64,000 bases of DNA from positions 15,499-79,498 of the IMG/VR virus record IMGVR_UViG_3300046777_002415. One strand, written 5' to 3'. Origin of the DNA: a virus. Positions 9,570 to 18,800 of the stretch are shown in pieces. The notes under the pieces are model-generated. The model did no database searches, was not told the origin of the DNA, and saw only the letters and a program-made list of their open reading frames with translations. The position numbers and the translations under genes are program-made. Numbering within the stretch: position 1 is the stretch's first letter; the number at the start of each line of letters is the position of its first letter.

Positions 9570-10022
9570 ATGACCTCCCTCGCATTCCCTCAATTCCCCC
9601 AGCTCGACGAGACTTACACGCTCGGCGACCGCTCGTGGAAATGGAACGGGCTGGGTTGGGAGAAGCTGACCGAGGCGGTCTCTAAGCCTTACGGCATCGT
9701 GGCCTATTCCCCAGGAATACCAGAACCAAACGATGTACTGCTCCCGCACATAGCCGCATGGGCAGCCGAATTCCCACCAGACTTGGTGGGGAGCTACGCC
9801 ATCGCCGTGGTAGCCGCGACCTCACAGACTGATATCGCGATCAATGTCAGCGGCACCCAGGTCGGCACGATGCGGTTCGCCGCAGGATCTGCGGTTGGTA
9901 CTTTCCTACCTGGGGCTGCATTCTCTTTGGCCCAAGGGGATGTGCTCACTGTAGTGGCACCTGCTCTCGCAGATGCCACGCTCAGTGATATTTCATTTAC
10001 ATTAACGGGCAGTCGAGTATGA
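9570..10022 (+). CDS. Virion structural protein with FPxxP..TY..G.RxWxWxGxxW N-terminal module
   Basis: N-terminus is paralogous to 11211..11744; beta-rich C-terminus. Confidence 0.6.
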   Translation: MTSLAFPQFPQLDETYTLGDRSWKWNGLGWEKLTEAVSKPYGIVAYSPGIPEPNDVLLPHIAAWAAEFPPDLVGSYAIAVVAATSQTDIAINVSGTQVGTMRFAAGSAVGTFLPGAAFSLAQGDVLTVVAPALADATLSDISFTLTGSRV

Positions 10023-11017
10023 GTTACGAGCTTTTCATTGATGGGTTTGATCACTATGCGACTGCGAACATTACAAAGAAGTGGCAGGAGACAACATCCA
10101 CCATTTACACGATAGCCCCGACATCTGGTCGGAGGGGCGGAGGGGCATTGAGCGTTGGCTCTTTCCCTAATACCAACGGCACCATCAAGTCAAAAACATT
10201 TACAGCATCAAGTAAAGTTGTCGTCGGCTTCGCTTTGAAGATCACTACCGGGAGCCTTGGTGTTACGACCCGCTTTTATGCCGGCGGTGTACTGCAGTTC
10301 AGCATCGGCATGAACGGGTCTGGGCAGTTCTTCGCACAGCGCTCGGGGGTTGCGGTACACGCCACATCTATTAATTCATTTCCGATGGACTCTTACAATT
10401 ACGTGGAGATCGGTGTGCATCTGGCAGATGCAGGATCGTACGAGGTCCGCGTTAATGGTCAGTCGGCAGGATGGCTACCAGCTACAAGTTATGACACATT
10501 AGTCACTACCGGGGCTAGCATAAATCAAATCTGGTTTGAGCGCGTACCGACAGTAACTAGTGGGGCTTTCCTAGATGACTTATATATCGCGTATGGTAAC
10601 GAATTGAGGTGGCTAGGAGACTCCCGTGTTGATACCCTGGCGCTGACGGGAAACTCAACGCCGCAAGGCTGGATACCCAATACCGGCAATGCATGGGAGC
10701 AACTCAATCAGGACGTAGGCTACATCTCTGCTAGTGCTGTGGGTGAGTCGTCGCTATTTGTGGTAGGCAACCTCACACATAACCCACAAATTATTCATGG
10801 TGTGCAACTAAACGGTCTTGCCAGCAAATCCGATACAGGGACACGAGCAGCAGCGCTGCTATTGAACTCCGGAGCGACGATCGAAGGCAGTTCTGTACCT
10901 TTGTCCGTAGACACGCTGTTAATCAGGGAGTCGTATATTCTGAATCCGGTAACTGCCTCAGCGTGGTCTAAATCAGATGTGGATGCCATGGAAGTTGGCG
11001 TGAAGGTAACTGCATGA
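10019..11017 (+). CDS. Virion structural protein, lectin/jelly-roll-like
   Basis: LFIDGFDHY N-terminus, FLDDLYI, GDSRV.TL, NP.T..AW..SDVDAMEVG; beta-rich. Confidence 0.6.
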   Translation: MSYELFIDGFDHYATANITKKWQETTSTIYTIAPTSGRRGGGALSVGSFPNTNGTIKSKTFTASSKVVVGFALKITTGSLGVTTRFYAGGVLQFSIGMNGSGQFFAQRSGVAVHATSINSFPMDSYNYVEIGVHLADAGSYEVRVNGQSAGWLPATSYDTLVTTGASINQIWFERVPTVTSGAFLDDLYIAYGNELRWLGDSRVDTLALTGNSTPQGWIPNTGNAWEQLNQDVGYISASAVGESSLFVVGNLTHNPQIIHGVQLNGLASKSDTGTRAAALLLNSGATIEGSSVPLSVDTLLIRESYILNPVTASAWSKSDVDAMEVGVKVTA

Positions 11018-11214
11018 CGACGGAAGCACGACTTCATAGATTAACAGCCGAAACCTTATCGACAGCGGATGCATCCGTTAGGCTGCAGCGTCTAGTGAGC
11101 GAAGTATTATCGCCCAATGCGCTAACCGCGGACCTGTCTAGGTTGTCAGTAGAGGTGCTCGGCTCCTGTACCGTAGTGGTCAAAAAGCGTCCCATCACTT
11201 TCCTGATCCTTTGA
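11014..11214 (+). CDS. Small hypothetical protein with three RLxxEVL repeats
   Basis: ATGA overlap; RLTAETL / RLVSEVL / RLSVEVL. Confidence 0.5.
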   Translation: MTTEARLHRLTAETLSTADASVRLQRLVSEVLSPNALTADLSRLSVEVLGSCTVVVKKRPITFLIL

Positions 11215-11744
11215 CCATGCCAGACTTCCCCGAAAACCCCGTCCTCAACCAGACCTACTTCAACGGCAACCGCTGGTACCGCTGGGACGGTTCCGCGTGG
11301 AACCTGCAGTGGAAGATCCCAACGGCCAGCACGACTGAACTTGGCGGCATCATCGTCGGCGACAATCTGGAGGTCGATGAGAACGGCGTTCTCAGTGCCC
11401 CTCCCGGCGTCGAAGGCCCTCAAGGTATCGTCGGCCCCGCCGGCCCCGCCGGCCCCATAGGGCCACAAGGTCTCCAAGGGGTGCAGGGCCTGACTGGCCC
11501 CGCGGGCCCTGCGGGCCCGCCCGGGCCGGCCGGCCCGCAGGGCGAGCAGGGTCTCCAAGGCATCATGGGCCCGGCTGGCCCCATCGGGCCCCGCGGCCCG
11601 GGCATTCGCTGCTTCGTCGGCGGGATGCCTCCGGACATCACGGAAGAGAACATCCAGGAGGGTGAGTTCTGGATCAATGACGAGACCGGGGTGACCTACC
11701 AGTGGCACGTCTCAGCCTTCTCGTCGCAGTGGGTCGAGTTCTGA
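11211..11744 (+). CDS. Collagen-like fibre protein
   Basis: About 22 consecutive Gly-X-Y triplets; [17 protein letters not shown] fibre motif. Confidence 0.85.
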   Translation: MTMPDFPENPVLNQTYFNGNRWYRWDGSAWNLQWKIPTASTTELGGIIVGDNLEVDENGVLSAPPGVEGPQGIVGPAGPAGPIGPQGLQGVQGLTGPAGPAGPPGPAGPQGEQGLQGIMGPAGPIGPRGPGIRCFVGGMPPDITEENIQEGEFWINDETGVTYQWHVSAFSSQWVEF

Positions 11745-11781
11745 TGTAGACTGTCGCAATACCGCTACACGGACGTAAGCG

Positions 11782-12216
11782 ATGGACATCCTCTATACCG
11801 ACACGGACCAGATCCGCAGTTGCCTCCTCCTCGCCGAGGAAGACCTGCCCGACACCCTCTTCAATCAGGACCTGTACGAGCGCGAGCTGACGCTCCATCT
11901 TGGCGTATGGCTGCCCGACCACGCCACTCTGGTCTCAGGCACCAACCAGAACATCTCCTTTGCTCTGCAGAATTACTGCGCCTACTGGGCAGCCTACAAA
12001 GTCGCCAGTACTCTGGCCATCAGCGTCCCGCAGCAGGTCAGTGATGGCAAGAACATGCTGCAGCGCAGTCCCGACTTTGTCGCACTGATGACGGCGATGA
12101 TGGCCGGCATGGGTGACGCCCGGGCGACGATCACCGCGGAACTGGGCGGAGCCACCACCTCGACGGTCACCCAGTTCTCGGTCGCGGGCCTGGCGGTGGA
12201 TCCGGTCACCGGCTGA
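11782..12216 (+). CDS. Probable head-tail adaptor
   Basis: Size, YTDTDQIR N-terminus, and position at the start of a coupled run of neck genes before the tail tube. Confidence 0.55.
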   Translation: MDILYTDTDQIRSCLLLAEEDLPDTLFNQDLYERELTLHLGVWLPDHATLVSGTNQNISFALQNYCAYWAAYKVASTLAISVPQQVSDGKNMLQRSPDFVALMTAMMAGMGDARATITAELGGATTSTVTQFSVAGLAVDPVTG

Positions 12217-12806
12217 TGGGCCTCAAGACCGCCGCCAATTATTTCGTGCGGACACCCATCTACGGGTGGAACGGCACGACCTTCGTGCCGACCGGCGCCA
12301 AGGGCGCACTGGATCCTTACGACCGGTTTGTCTCTGAACGTGAGTTCGGCCTCAAGCGGCGGATGCTGCTGGTCAACCCGGACAGTCCGATACCGGCCCA
12401 GTACTCCACGATTCGCATCGGCGCTGCCGGCCCGATCTATCTATTGGGCTGGATGAACCAGGACATCTACGCCGACCACCCCTACAGCCTCGTTTACCTG
12501 ATGTGCGTGGCCACCGAGGTCTGTCAGGTCGTCAGCCTAACCAAAACAGCCAAGGCCTCCGGCATGGCCTTCAGCACGACTGACACGCCGGTCGGTAACT
12601 ATCACTGCGTCACCGAGCGCGTCACGTTCTCCAACTCGCCTGAGTTCACGCAGATGCGTGTCACTGACGCCACGGTCACCTTGCCGATCGACTGCCCGGT
12701 CCACGCGGATCACGAGATCATTGTCGGCGGGCACCGGTACGCCGTCCAGGAAGAATACAAAACCGCCGGCTTCCGGCAGGTCAGGTGTCAGGTGAAAAAT
12801 GCCTAG
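12216..12806 (+). CDS. Probable head closure/stopper protein
   Basis: Position, TGATG coupling, beta-rich C-terminus (DHEIIVGGHRYAV). Confidence 0.5.
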   Translation: MGLKTAANYFVRTPIYGWNGTTFVPTGAKGALDPYDRFVSEREFGLKRRMLLVNPDSPIPAQYSTIRIGAAGPIYLLGWMNQDIYADHPYSLVYLMCVATEVCQVVSLTKTAKASGMAFSTTDTPVGNYHCVTERVTFSNSPEFTQMRVTDATVTLPIDCPVHADHEIIVGGHRYAVQEEYKTAGFRQVRCQVKNA

Positions 12807-13245
12807 CAAATTCCCTCTCTGCGTGAAGTCGACGCTCGACTACACCGCTATGCAGATTGCTCAGACCCTGAGTCTGCCGGTTGTCGACATGGATTCGGCC
12901 GGCCTCTTCGCTGAGCTGCTCGATTCCGACGCCACCGCAATCGTCTGGGCCATCGGCAGCCTGTCCGAGGCTCCGACCGACCCGCTCTGGTTCGTCGACT
13001 TCGACATCGGCGCCAAGACATCCTTGGACCCCGCCCAGTACAAATCACTGGACGTTGTCGGCACCCTGACCGCGACCTTCAAGGTCGGCAAGGAGATCAC
13101 CGTCAAGGACTACTCTGGGAACACCGCAGGGCCAGCGGTGGGGTCGCTGTTTATCACCAACGTGATCGCTTCCCCGTCGCAGCCGGATCGGCTGTCTGGA
13201 GTGCGGCTGATCAACGTGCAGGCGCGGGCGATGAGGACGGGCTGA
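12799..13245 (+). CDS. Probable tail completion/terminator protein
   Basis: Size and position upstream of the tail tube. Confidence 0.4.
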   Translation: MPSKFPLCVKSTLDYTAMQIAQTLSLPVVDMDSAGLFAELLDSDATAIVWAIGSLSEAPTDPLWFVDFDIGAKTSLDPAQYKSLDVVGTLTATFKVGKEITVKDYSGNTAGPAVGSLFITNVIASPSQPDRLSGVRLINVQARAMRTG

Positions 13246-14264
13246 TGGCTTCTCCCCGTCGCCTCAAGATCAAGTCAGCTACTGTCAAAAAGCTAACCAA
13301 TGATCTGGGCAACGCCGTCGCTAGGCGAGTCCGTCTGGACATCGCGGACCTCAACCCGCGCAGCCCGCTCAATAGCCGAATCGAGCAGGTCGTTGCGAGA
13401 AGGCAGGAGAACGTGGCGAAGGTGATGGCAGGGTATTACTCGTCCATGGTCCGAGAAGTGGCGAACATACTCCGGGACCCTCCTGTAAAAGCGTACGTGT
13501 ATCCCAGCGAATTCGGCACGATGGGGTTCCCGGCAGCTGATAAGGTCAACTTCAGCAAGTCGGTATCTCTTTCAGTGGGGAAAGGCGTAACAGGTGCGCC
13601 AACTTCAGAGACTGTGAAGATCGAGCCAGGTGTCTCAACTCGAAAGGCATGGAGACCACTTTCCATAGGATATGCGGCATCTCTCAAAGGAACCCGATGG
13701 GAAGGTATGCCGCGCTCAATCAACTTCTGGCGGAAGACCAGCAAGCTGAATGCATTGATGGCTGCCTGGTACGCGCAGAACTACAAGACGGTTTTCCACG
13801 CCAAGAACTACAAGGTTGGGAAAATCACGAGAACCAAAAGACTTGGCAAGAACGTACCTTACGCACCGGGCAAGGTCATCAGCGGCTATACCGCCCTACC
13901 TCGCGAAGGCGTCATGGTCTCATCTAACACCAAGCAACTGGTTGCGACATACACGTTCGCTGTTCAGCCCCCGCGGTTAGGACACCCTGCGTTGGATCAG
14001 GTTCTGAGAAGATCCTATATCTCCGGCAAGCCGCAGAAGTACTGGCCGACTAGACCCAAGGACATATCAGTCTCCTACAAGGCCGGGAAACTGGCAGGCA
14101 GGACCATCGAGCAGACAAGGCAGGTATCCCGGCTGGCGGAAGACCCTCGTGACTTCTACAGGCTGCTGCTGCCAGAGCATTCCCGCCCCATGCTCGCCCG
14201 CTTCGCCGCCGCCGTTGGCCGCAAAGAGATGGCAGCATTGCGCAAACTCTTGCAACGCAAATGA
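13245..14264 (+). CDS. Basic (K/R-rich) hypothetical protein, possible neck/tail-completion component
   Basis: 339-aa ORF, TGATG coupling, strongly basic. Confidence 0.5.
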   Translation: MASPRRLKIKSATVKKLTNDLGNAVARRVRLDIADLNPRSPLNSRIEQVVARRQENVAKVMAGYYSSMVREVANILRDPPVKAYVYPSEFGTMGFPAADKVNFSKSVSLSVGKGVTGAPTSETVKIEPGVSTRKAWRPLSIGYAASLKGTRWEGMPRSINFWRKTSKLNALMAAWYAQNYKTVFHAKNYKVGKITRTKRLGKNVPYAPGKVISGYTALPREGVMVSSNTKQLVATYTFAVQPPRLGHPALDQVLRRSYISGKPQKYWPTRPKDISVSYKAGKLAGRTIEQTRQVSRLAEDPRDFYRLLLPEHSRPMLARFAAAVGRKEMAALRKLLQRK

Positions 14265-14322
14265 GACAGTTGTAACATCAGAACTGGAAATTTCCTTCAA
14301 CCACCATGGATAGGTACTAACT

Positions 14323-15177
14323 ATGGCATCACTAGGCGCCGCAAAAACCGGCAAGTTCGCGATCGGCACTGCAGAATTGCGTGTCGGACCCCTCACCCTG
14401 GCTGGCAAGCTGAACCGTAAGCACGGTGTCGGTCTTATCGATTCCGCCACCCTCAACGTCGAGCAGACATCTGTCGACCTGAAGGGCGGCTTCCCCCAGG
14501 TCATCATGGACACCCAGGTCACCGACCAGTCTGCCCAGATCACTGCAACCCTCCGCGAGTTCTCTCGCCGGAACTTGGGTATCTTATTGGGTCAAGGTCT
14601 CGTCTACGACGATTCCAACGATACCAATGATGCCGTCACGGCCACTACCGCTTCATATACCGCAGGCGGAGCCAGCCTGGCTGTACCCGCAGGTGCCATC
14701 GGTGCTGGGGACACCCAGTTTGCAGGTGCTCCCTGGATTTCAGTGTGGAATCCGGCTGACGCAGCCGAGTCCGTCATCTCCAAAGTCTCCTCCTGCGCTG
14801 GAACCACTCTGACTCTCGACTCGGAATTTCTCATTCCCGTTGACATGCCGTCAGGGGCTAAGGTCAGCAAGCTGGTACCTATCTCCGTCGGTAACGTCAG
14901 CCAGGTGCAGTATTTCTCCGCTCAGCTGATTACCATCGACCGCCAATCCGGACGTCCGAAGATTTCGAACTTCTGGAAGTTGGCTATCGGTTCCGGCATG
15001 TCTCTGGCCAACAATGCCACTGACTTCGCCTCGACCGAAATGGTGTTGAAGGTCTTGCAGCCGTCGCTGGCGGACTACGAAAAGGTAGGGTCCCCGCTGT
15101 ACCACCTGCGCAACATCATCGGCGCCTACCCGATGGGCATGATGGGCGAAGTCTCCGACGAGTCCATCGCCGCGTAA
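14323..15177 (+). CDS. Major tail tube protein
   Basis: Position before chaperone and tape measure, AQITATLRE motif, followed by a strong terminator. Confidence 0.7.
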   Translation: MASLGAAKTGKFAIGTAELRVGPLTLAGKLNRKHGVGLIDSATLNVEQTSVDLKGGFPQVIMDTQVTDQSAQITATLREFSRRNLGILLGQGLVYDDSNDTNDAVTATTASYTAGGASLAVPAGAIGAGDTQFAGAPWISVWNPADAAESVISKVSSCAGTTLTLDSEFLIPVDMPSGAKVSKLVPISVGNVSQVQYFSAQLITIDRQSGRPKISNFWKLAIGSGMSLANNATDFASTEMVLKVLQPSLADYEKVGSPLYHLRNIIGAYPMGMMGEVSDESIAA

Positions 15178-15198
15178 ACCAGTACATCTGGTCCTCCC

Positions 15199-15226
15199 AA
15201 AAGGCCCGCCTCGTGCGGGCCTTTTT
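15199..15226 (+). terminator. Rho-independent terminator (potentially bidirectional)
   Basis: AAAAGGCCCGC-ctcgt-GCGGGCCTTTTT. Confidence 0.85.
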
Positions 15227-15242
15227 ATTACTGGAGCATGGA

Positions 15243-15806
15243 ATGCTCGAAAAATTCATCGAACTCCCCGCTGACCTCCCGGCCCTCCCGCTGTCCTTCG
15301 GCCTTGAGGCTCTGATCGCCGAGAGGATCGGCCAAGACGGCCATATCTCGGCCCAGACCATTGCCGAATGTGCCCTTCGACTTTGGCCGGAAAAGGTGGT
15401 ACAACAGCATCTCGAAGACCTGTCTGCCCGATTCATCCAGCGCGTCGAGCGCATGGCGAAATCCCGGGAAGAGCCCGACAAGGGTAAAGGGTCCGAGAAC
15501 CCCAAACGGAACTTGGGCGCCAACCTTCAAGAATGGACGCAATCTCTCGATCATACGGGCCTCTGCCTGTATCTGGCCGATTACGACCCCGAGCGGGCAC
15601 ACCGCTTGTACTGGCGGGTCGAAGCGGATCTCCTCGAGCTGACGCTCCACGCGAAGCTGCGATTCGAGTCCACCAAACATCTCAATGCCCATGAGGCCGC
15701 GCTCTACGGTTTCGGGGGCAGCTATGCCGACGACGGCGAAGAAGGAACTTCTGTATCCGGGGAACTGGATGCGGGCGCTTTGAAAGATTTCGGTATCAAC
15801 TTCTGA
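15243..15806 (+). CDS. Probable tail assembly chaperone
   Basis: Between tube and tape measure; GGAG RBS before ATG 15243. Confidence 0.55.
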   Translation: MLEKFIELPADLPALPLSFGLEALIAERIGQDGHISAQTIAECALRLWPEKVVQQHLEDLSARFIQRVERMAKSREEPDKGKGSENPKRNLGANLQEWTQSLDHTGLCLYLADYDPERAHRLYWRVEADLLELTLHAKLRFESTKHLNAHEAALYGFGGSYADDGEEGTSVSGELDAGALKDFGINF

Positions 15807-15818
15807 CGGAGGCCAAGG

Positions 15819-18800
15819 ATGGCTACTTCTCTACCCAATGAACAGATTGAGATTGGTATTGACCTGCTGCTTGGTAAGGTCAACGACAAGCAACTCGCCA
15901 AAGGCCTCAGTGATCTTGCCAACCGGGTCAGCGAAATTGCGGCCAAGACGTCGTATGACCCTACCGTCAAGGTCGACATAAAACTGGGGGACGAGAAGAA
16001 GATCAACCAGAGTGTCGCCAAGGCGACTAAGACGATCAATGACGCCCTCAAGGACCTAGCCCCAGATAGCGAGGACGCCGGAAAGACGGTTGATGCTTAC
16101 CGAGAATACTTTCACAAGTTAGAGCGAGCCCTCTCGGTCAACACGGCGGAGTACAGCAAGACCGTCCAGGCTAATTACGAGGCGCTAGCGTCAGGTAATG
16201 ACCGAGTGCTGCGTAAACTTGGTGATAAGGAATTGGCCGCCGCTGTTCGCTACGGTAACGCCTCGAATCTTCGTAATAAGTTGCTCAAGCAGGCACTGGA
16301 TTCCTCCGCGTCAATCTTCAACCGGGTAGGCAAGGAAGGTATCCCAGTAAAGCCGGTAGCTGTCGATGCTCTCGATACCGAGCTCAAGAAGCAAGCCGAC
16401 AAGTACAGGAACTTCAACAGGTTCATCAAGGACTCGAATGTAGAGGCTCGTGTTCAAGCTGTTGAAAATCGCAGGTACCGCCAAGACCTAATCAAGAAAA
16501 CCCAGAAACGCAATATCGAGAGGCTGGGGGAGGACTTCAACTTCTCAGGTGTCCAGCGAGCATACCGTAAAGAGATCGGTGACCTGCTCCGAGATCAGGA
16601 ATCTGCTCCCCTGAAGGGAAAAAGAGGGCTACTGAGCAAGGACCAGATCGGCAAGCAGGTTCAGACCCTGGAAGGCGAGCTTAAAGCTGTCCAGGGGCGA
16701 TACAAAATCCTGTTCGGCAGCACCCTTCAGGATAGTGCCAGAGCCGCCGAGGCTGGGTCTACTCAGGCTGAAATCAGATACAACAAGGCGAAGGAGCAGA
16801 TCGGCAAGGCAGGGCTGCAGACTACGGAGAGGAAAGTCGCTGAAACCCTTGCCCAGAAGGAGCTGACCACGGCCCTGAACGGGGCGTATCAAGTTCTGAA
16901 GAAGCTGGCCCCACTTGGCGAAAAGGAAAGCAAGGACGCACAGGATCGGGTCGAACGTCTACTGAGTGAGAAAGAGGCCCTTGGCAAGCTGGTCTCTGCT
17001 CGCAGGGATGATGCCCGGCTTCGCAACCAACGAAACACCCTCGAGGTCAACGCCGCCAAGTCGGATGAGCGTGAGCAAAAGCGTGTCCGTAACCAACGAA
17101 ACACCCTCGAGGTCAACGCCGCCAAGTCGGATGAGCGTGAGCAAAAGCGTGTCCGTAACCAACGAAACACCCTCGAGGTACAGGCTGCCAAACGGGAAGA
17201 ACAAGAGAAGATTCGGACCAGAAGGGGCACCAATCAGCTCGAGGTACAGGCTGCCAAACGGGAAGAACAAAGTAGGCAAAGAGGCCTCAACCAGCGGAAC
17301 GCGATTGACGTCCGCATGGACAAGGCCGGCTTCTCCCCCGACAACATCGCCAGCCTCAGAGAGCGGGTAGGCGCCCTTGGGTACCGCAAAGGCACCATCT
17401 CCGAGACCTTGAAGGGCATGGTCGCCTCCAACGCTCTCGGCGTTGATGGTGCCGTCGCGGACCTGCAGATACTAAAGACGAAGCTCCTCGACGTGTCCCG
17501 GGCTGCCAAGGATTCTGGCATCCCGAAACTCGAATCTGAGTTCAAGGGGCTGGCCAATGCCGTTGGCAAGGCTGTCGGGCAGGTCAACAAATTCGACAAG
17601 CGCCCGCCGGCCGAAGACTTCGACGCCCAAGTACGCGCCTACCGGACGCGCCAGGCCCGCATCGAGGCCCTCGGCACCGCCAGGGACGCCCTGTTCACCC
17701 AGGTGTCTTCCCTCCGGTCCATGATGAGTAACGCCCAGACCGAGGGCGACATCAAGACGCTGCGGATCCTGCTGGCGGAAGCGCTTACCGATGTTCGCCG
17801 CCTGGGAACAGAGTCCAAAAAGCTGGGCTTCGAAGAAGGCATTGATTCAGCCCGTCGCCTGAAGAAGGAGATCTCCGAGGTTGGGGATGCCTCCAAAACC
17901 ACGCTCAAGGAGATCAAAGGCCCAACTGCTGCTGAACTCCGCCGCGCTGAGAAGGAGCGCATACGCGCAGCCCTGATCGCTCAAGGCGAAGAGGCCTTTG
18001 CGGCCGTCGGTGGCATACGCAACTATGCCAAAATCGGCGAAGGGGATTACCACGCGGCCCAAGCGTACGCTGCCTATACCCGTGACACGATCGACAAGAG
18101 AAGGCCAGATATTGTCAACGATCCTAACCTCACGGAGGTTCAGCGATCGAAGGCGCTCAAGGACCTGAGCAAGGAGTTCAACACCGCCAGCAAGGCTGCC
18201 AACTATCTGCAGGCTGAGATCAACGGCAACGTCGGCGCCCTCCGTCAAATTCAGCTCGCCGCCCGCAATTTCGCCCGTTACTTCATCGTCTACGGTGGGC
18301 TGTATCAGGTCGTCGGTTACTTTCAGCAGCTCGCCCGCACCCTAGTCGACTTCCAGGACTCCCTGAAATCCACGCAGGTTATCGCCCAGGCCACCGGCCG
18401 GGATATGGCCGGTATTGGGGAGGCGATTCGCAGTGTGGCCTCGGAGTCTGGTGACTCCCTGCGAAATGTGGCAGCCGCGGCTGAAACGCTCGCGCAGGCC
18501 GGCACCTCAGTCAAGGATATTCCTGCCGCCCTCAAGGCCGTCTCCGACTTTGCATTGGCGACCGGCAGCAGCATGCAGGTGGCTGCTGACATTATCACCT
18601 CGGCCAAGGAGATATTCGGAGAGGATCTGACCTTCGCCGGGGCGGCTGACCAGCTGACCCGCGCAGTCAATATCTCCAAGCTGCGGGCTGAGGATCTCAG
18701 AACCATCTTCAACCTTGGCGCCCAGACGGCCCAGTCCTCTGGTCTGTCCTCGGCTCAGTTCCTCGGTGCGTCCGCGACCTTGTCGAATCTGGGTATCAAG

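Noticed and set aside
15490-15515. Programmed -1 frameshift in the tail chaperone (CCCCAAAC)
   Set aside because: The heptamer is not in the X XXY YYZ phase, and a single ORF already spans tube to tape measure.
17025-17271. CRISPR-like array
   Set aside because: The units are contiguous in-frame coding repeats without unique spacers; no cas genes.
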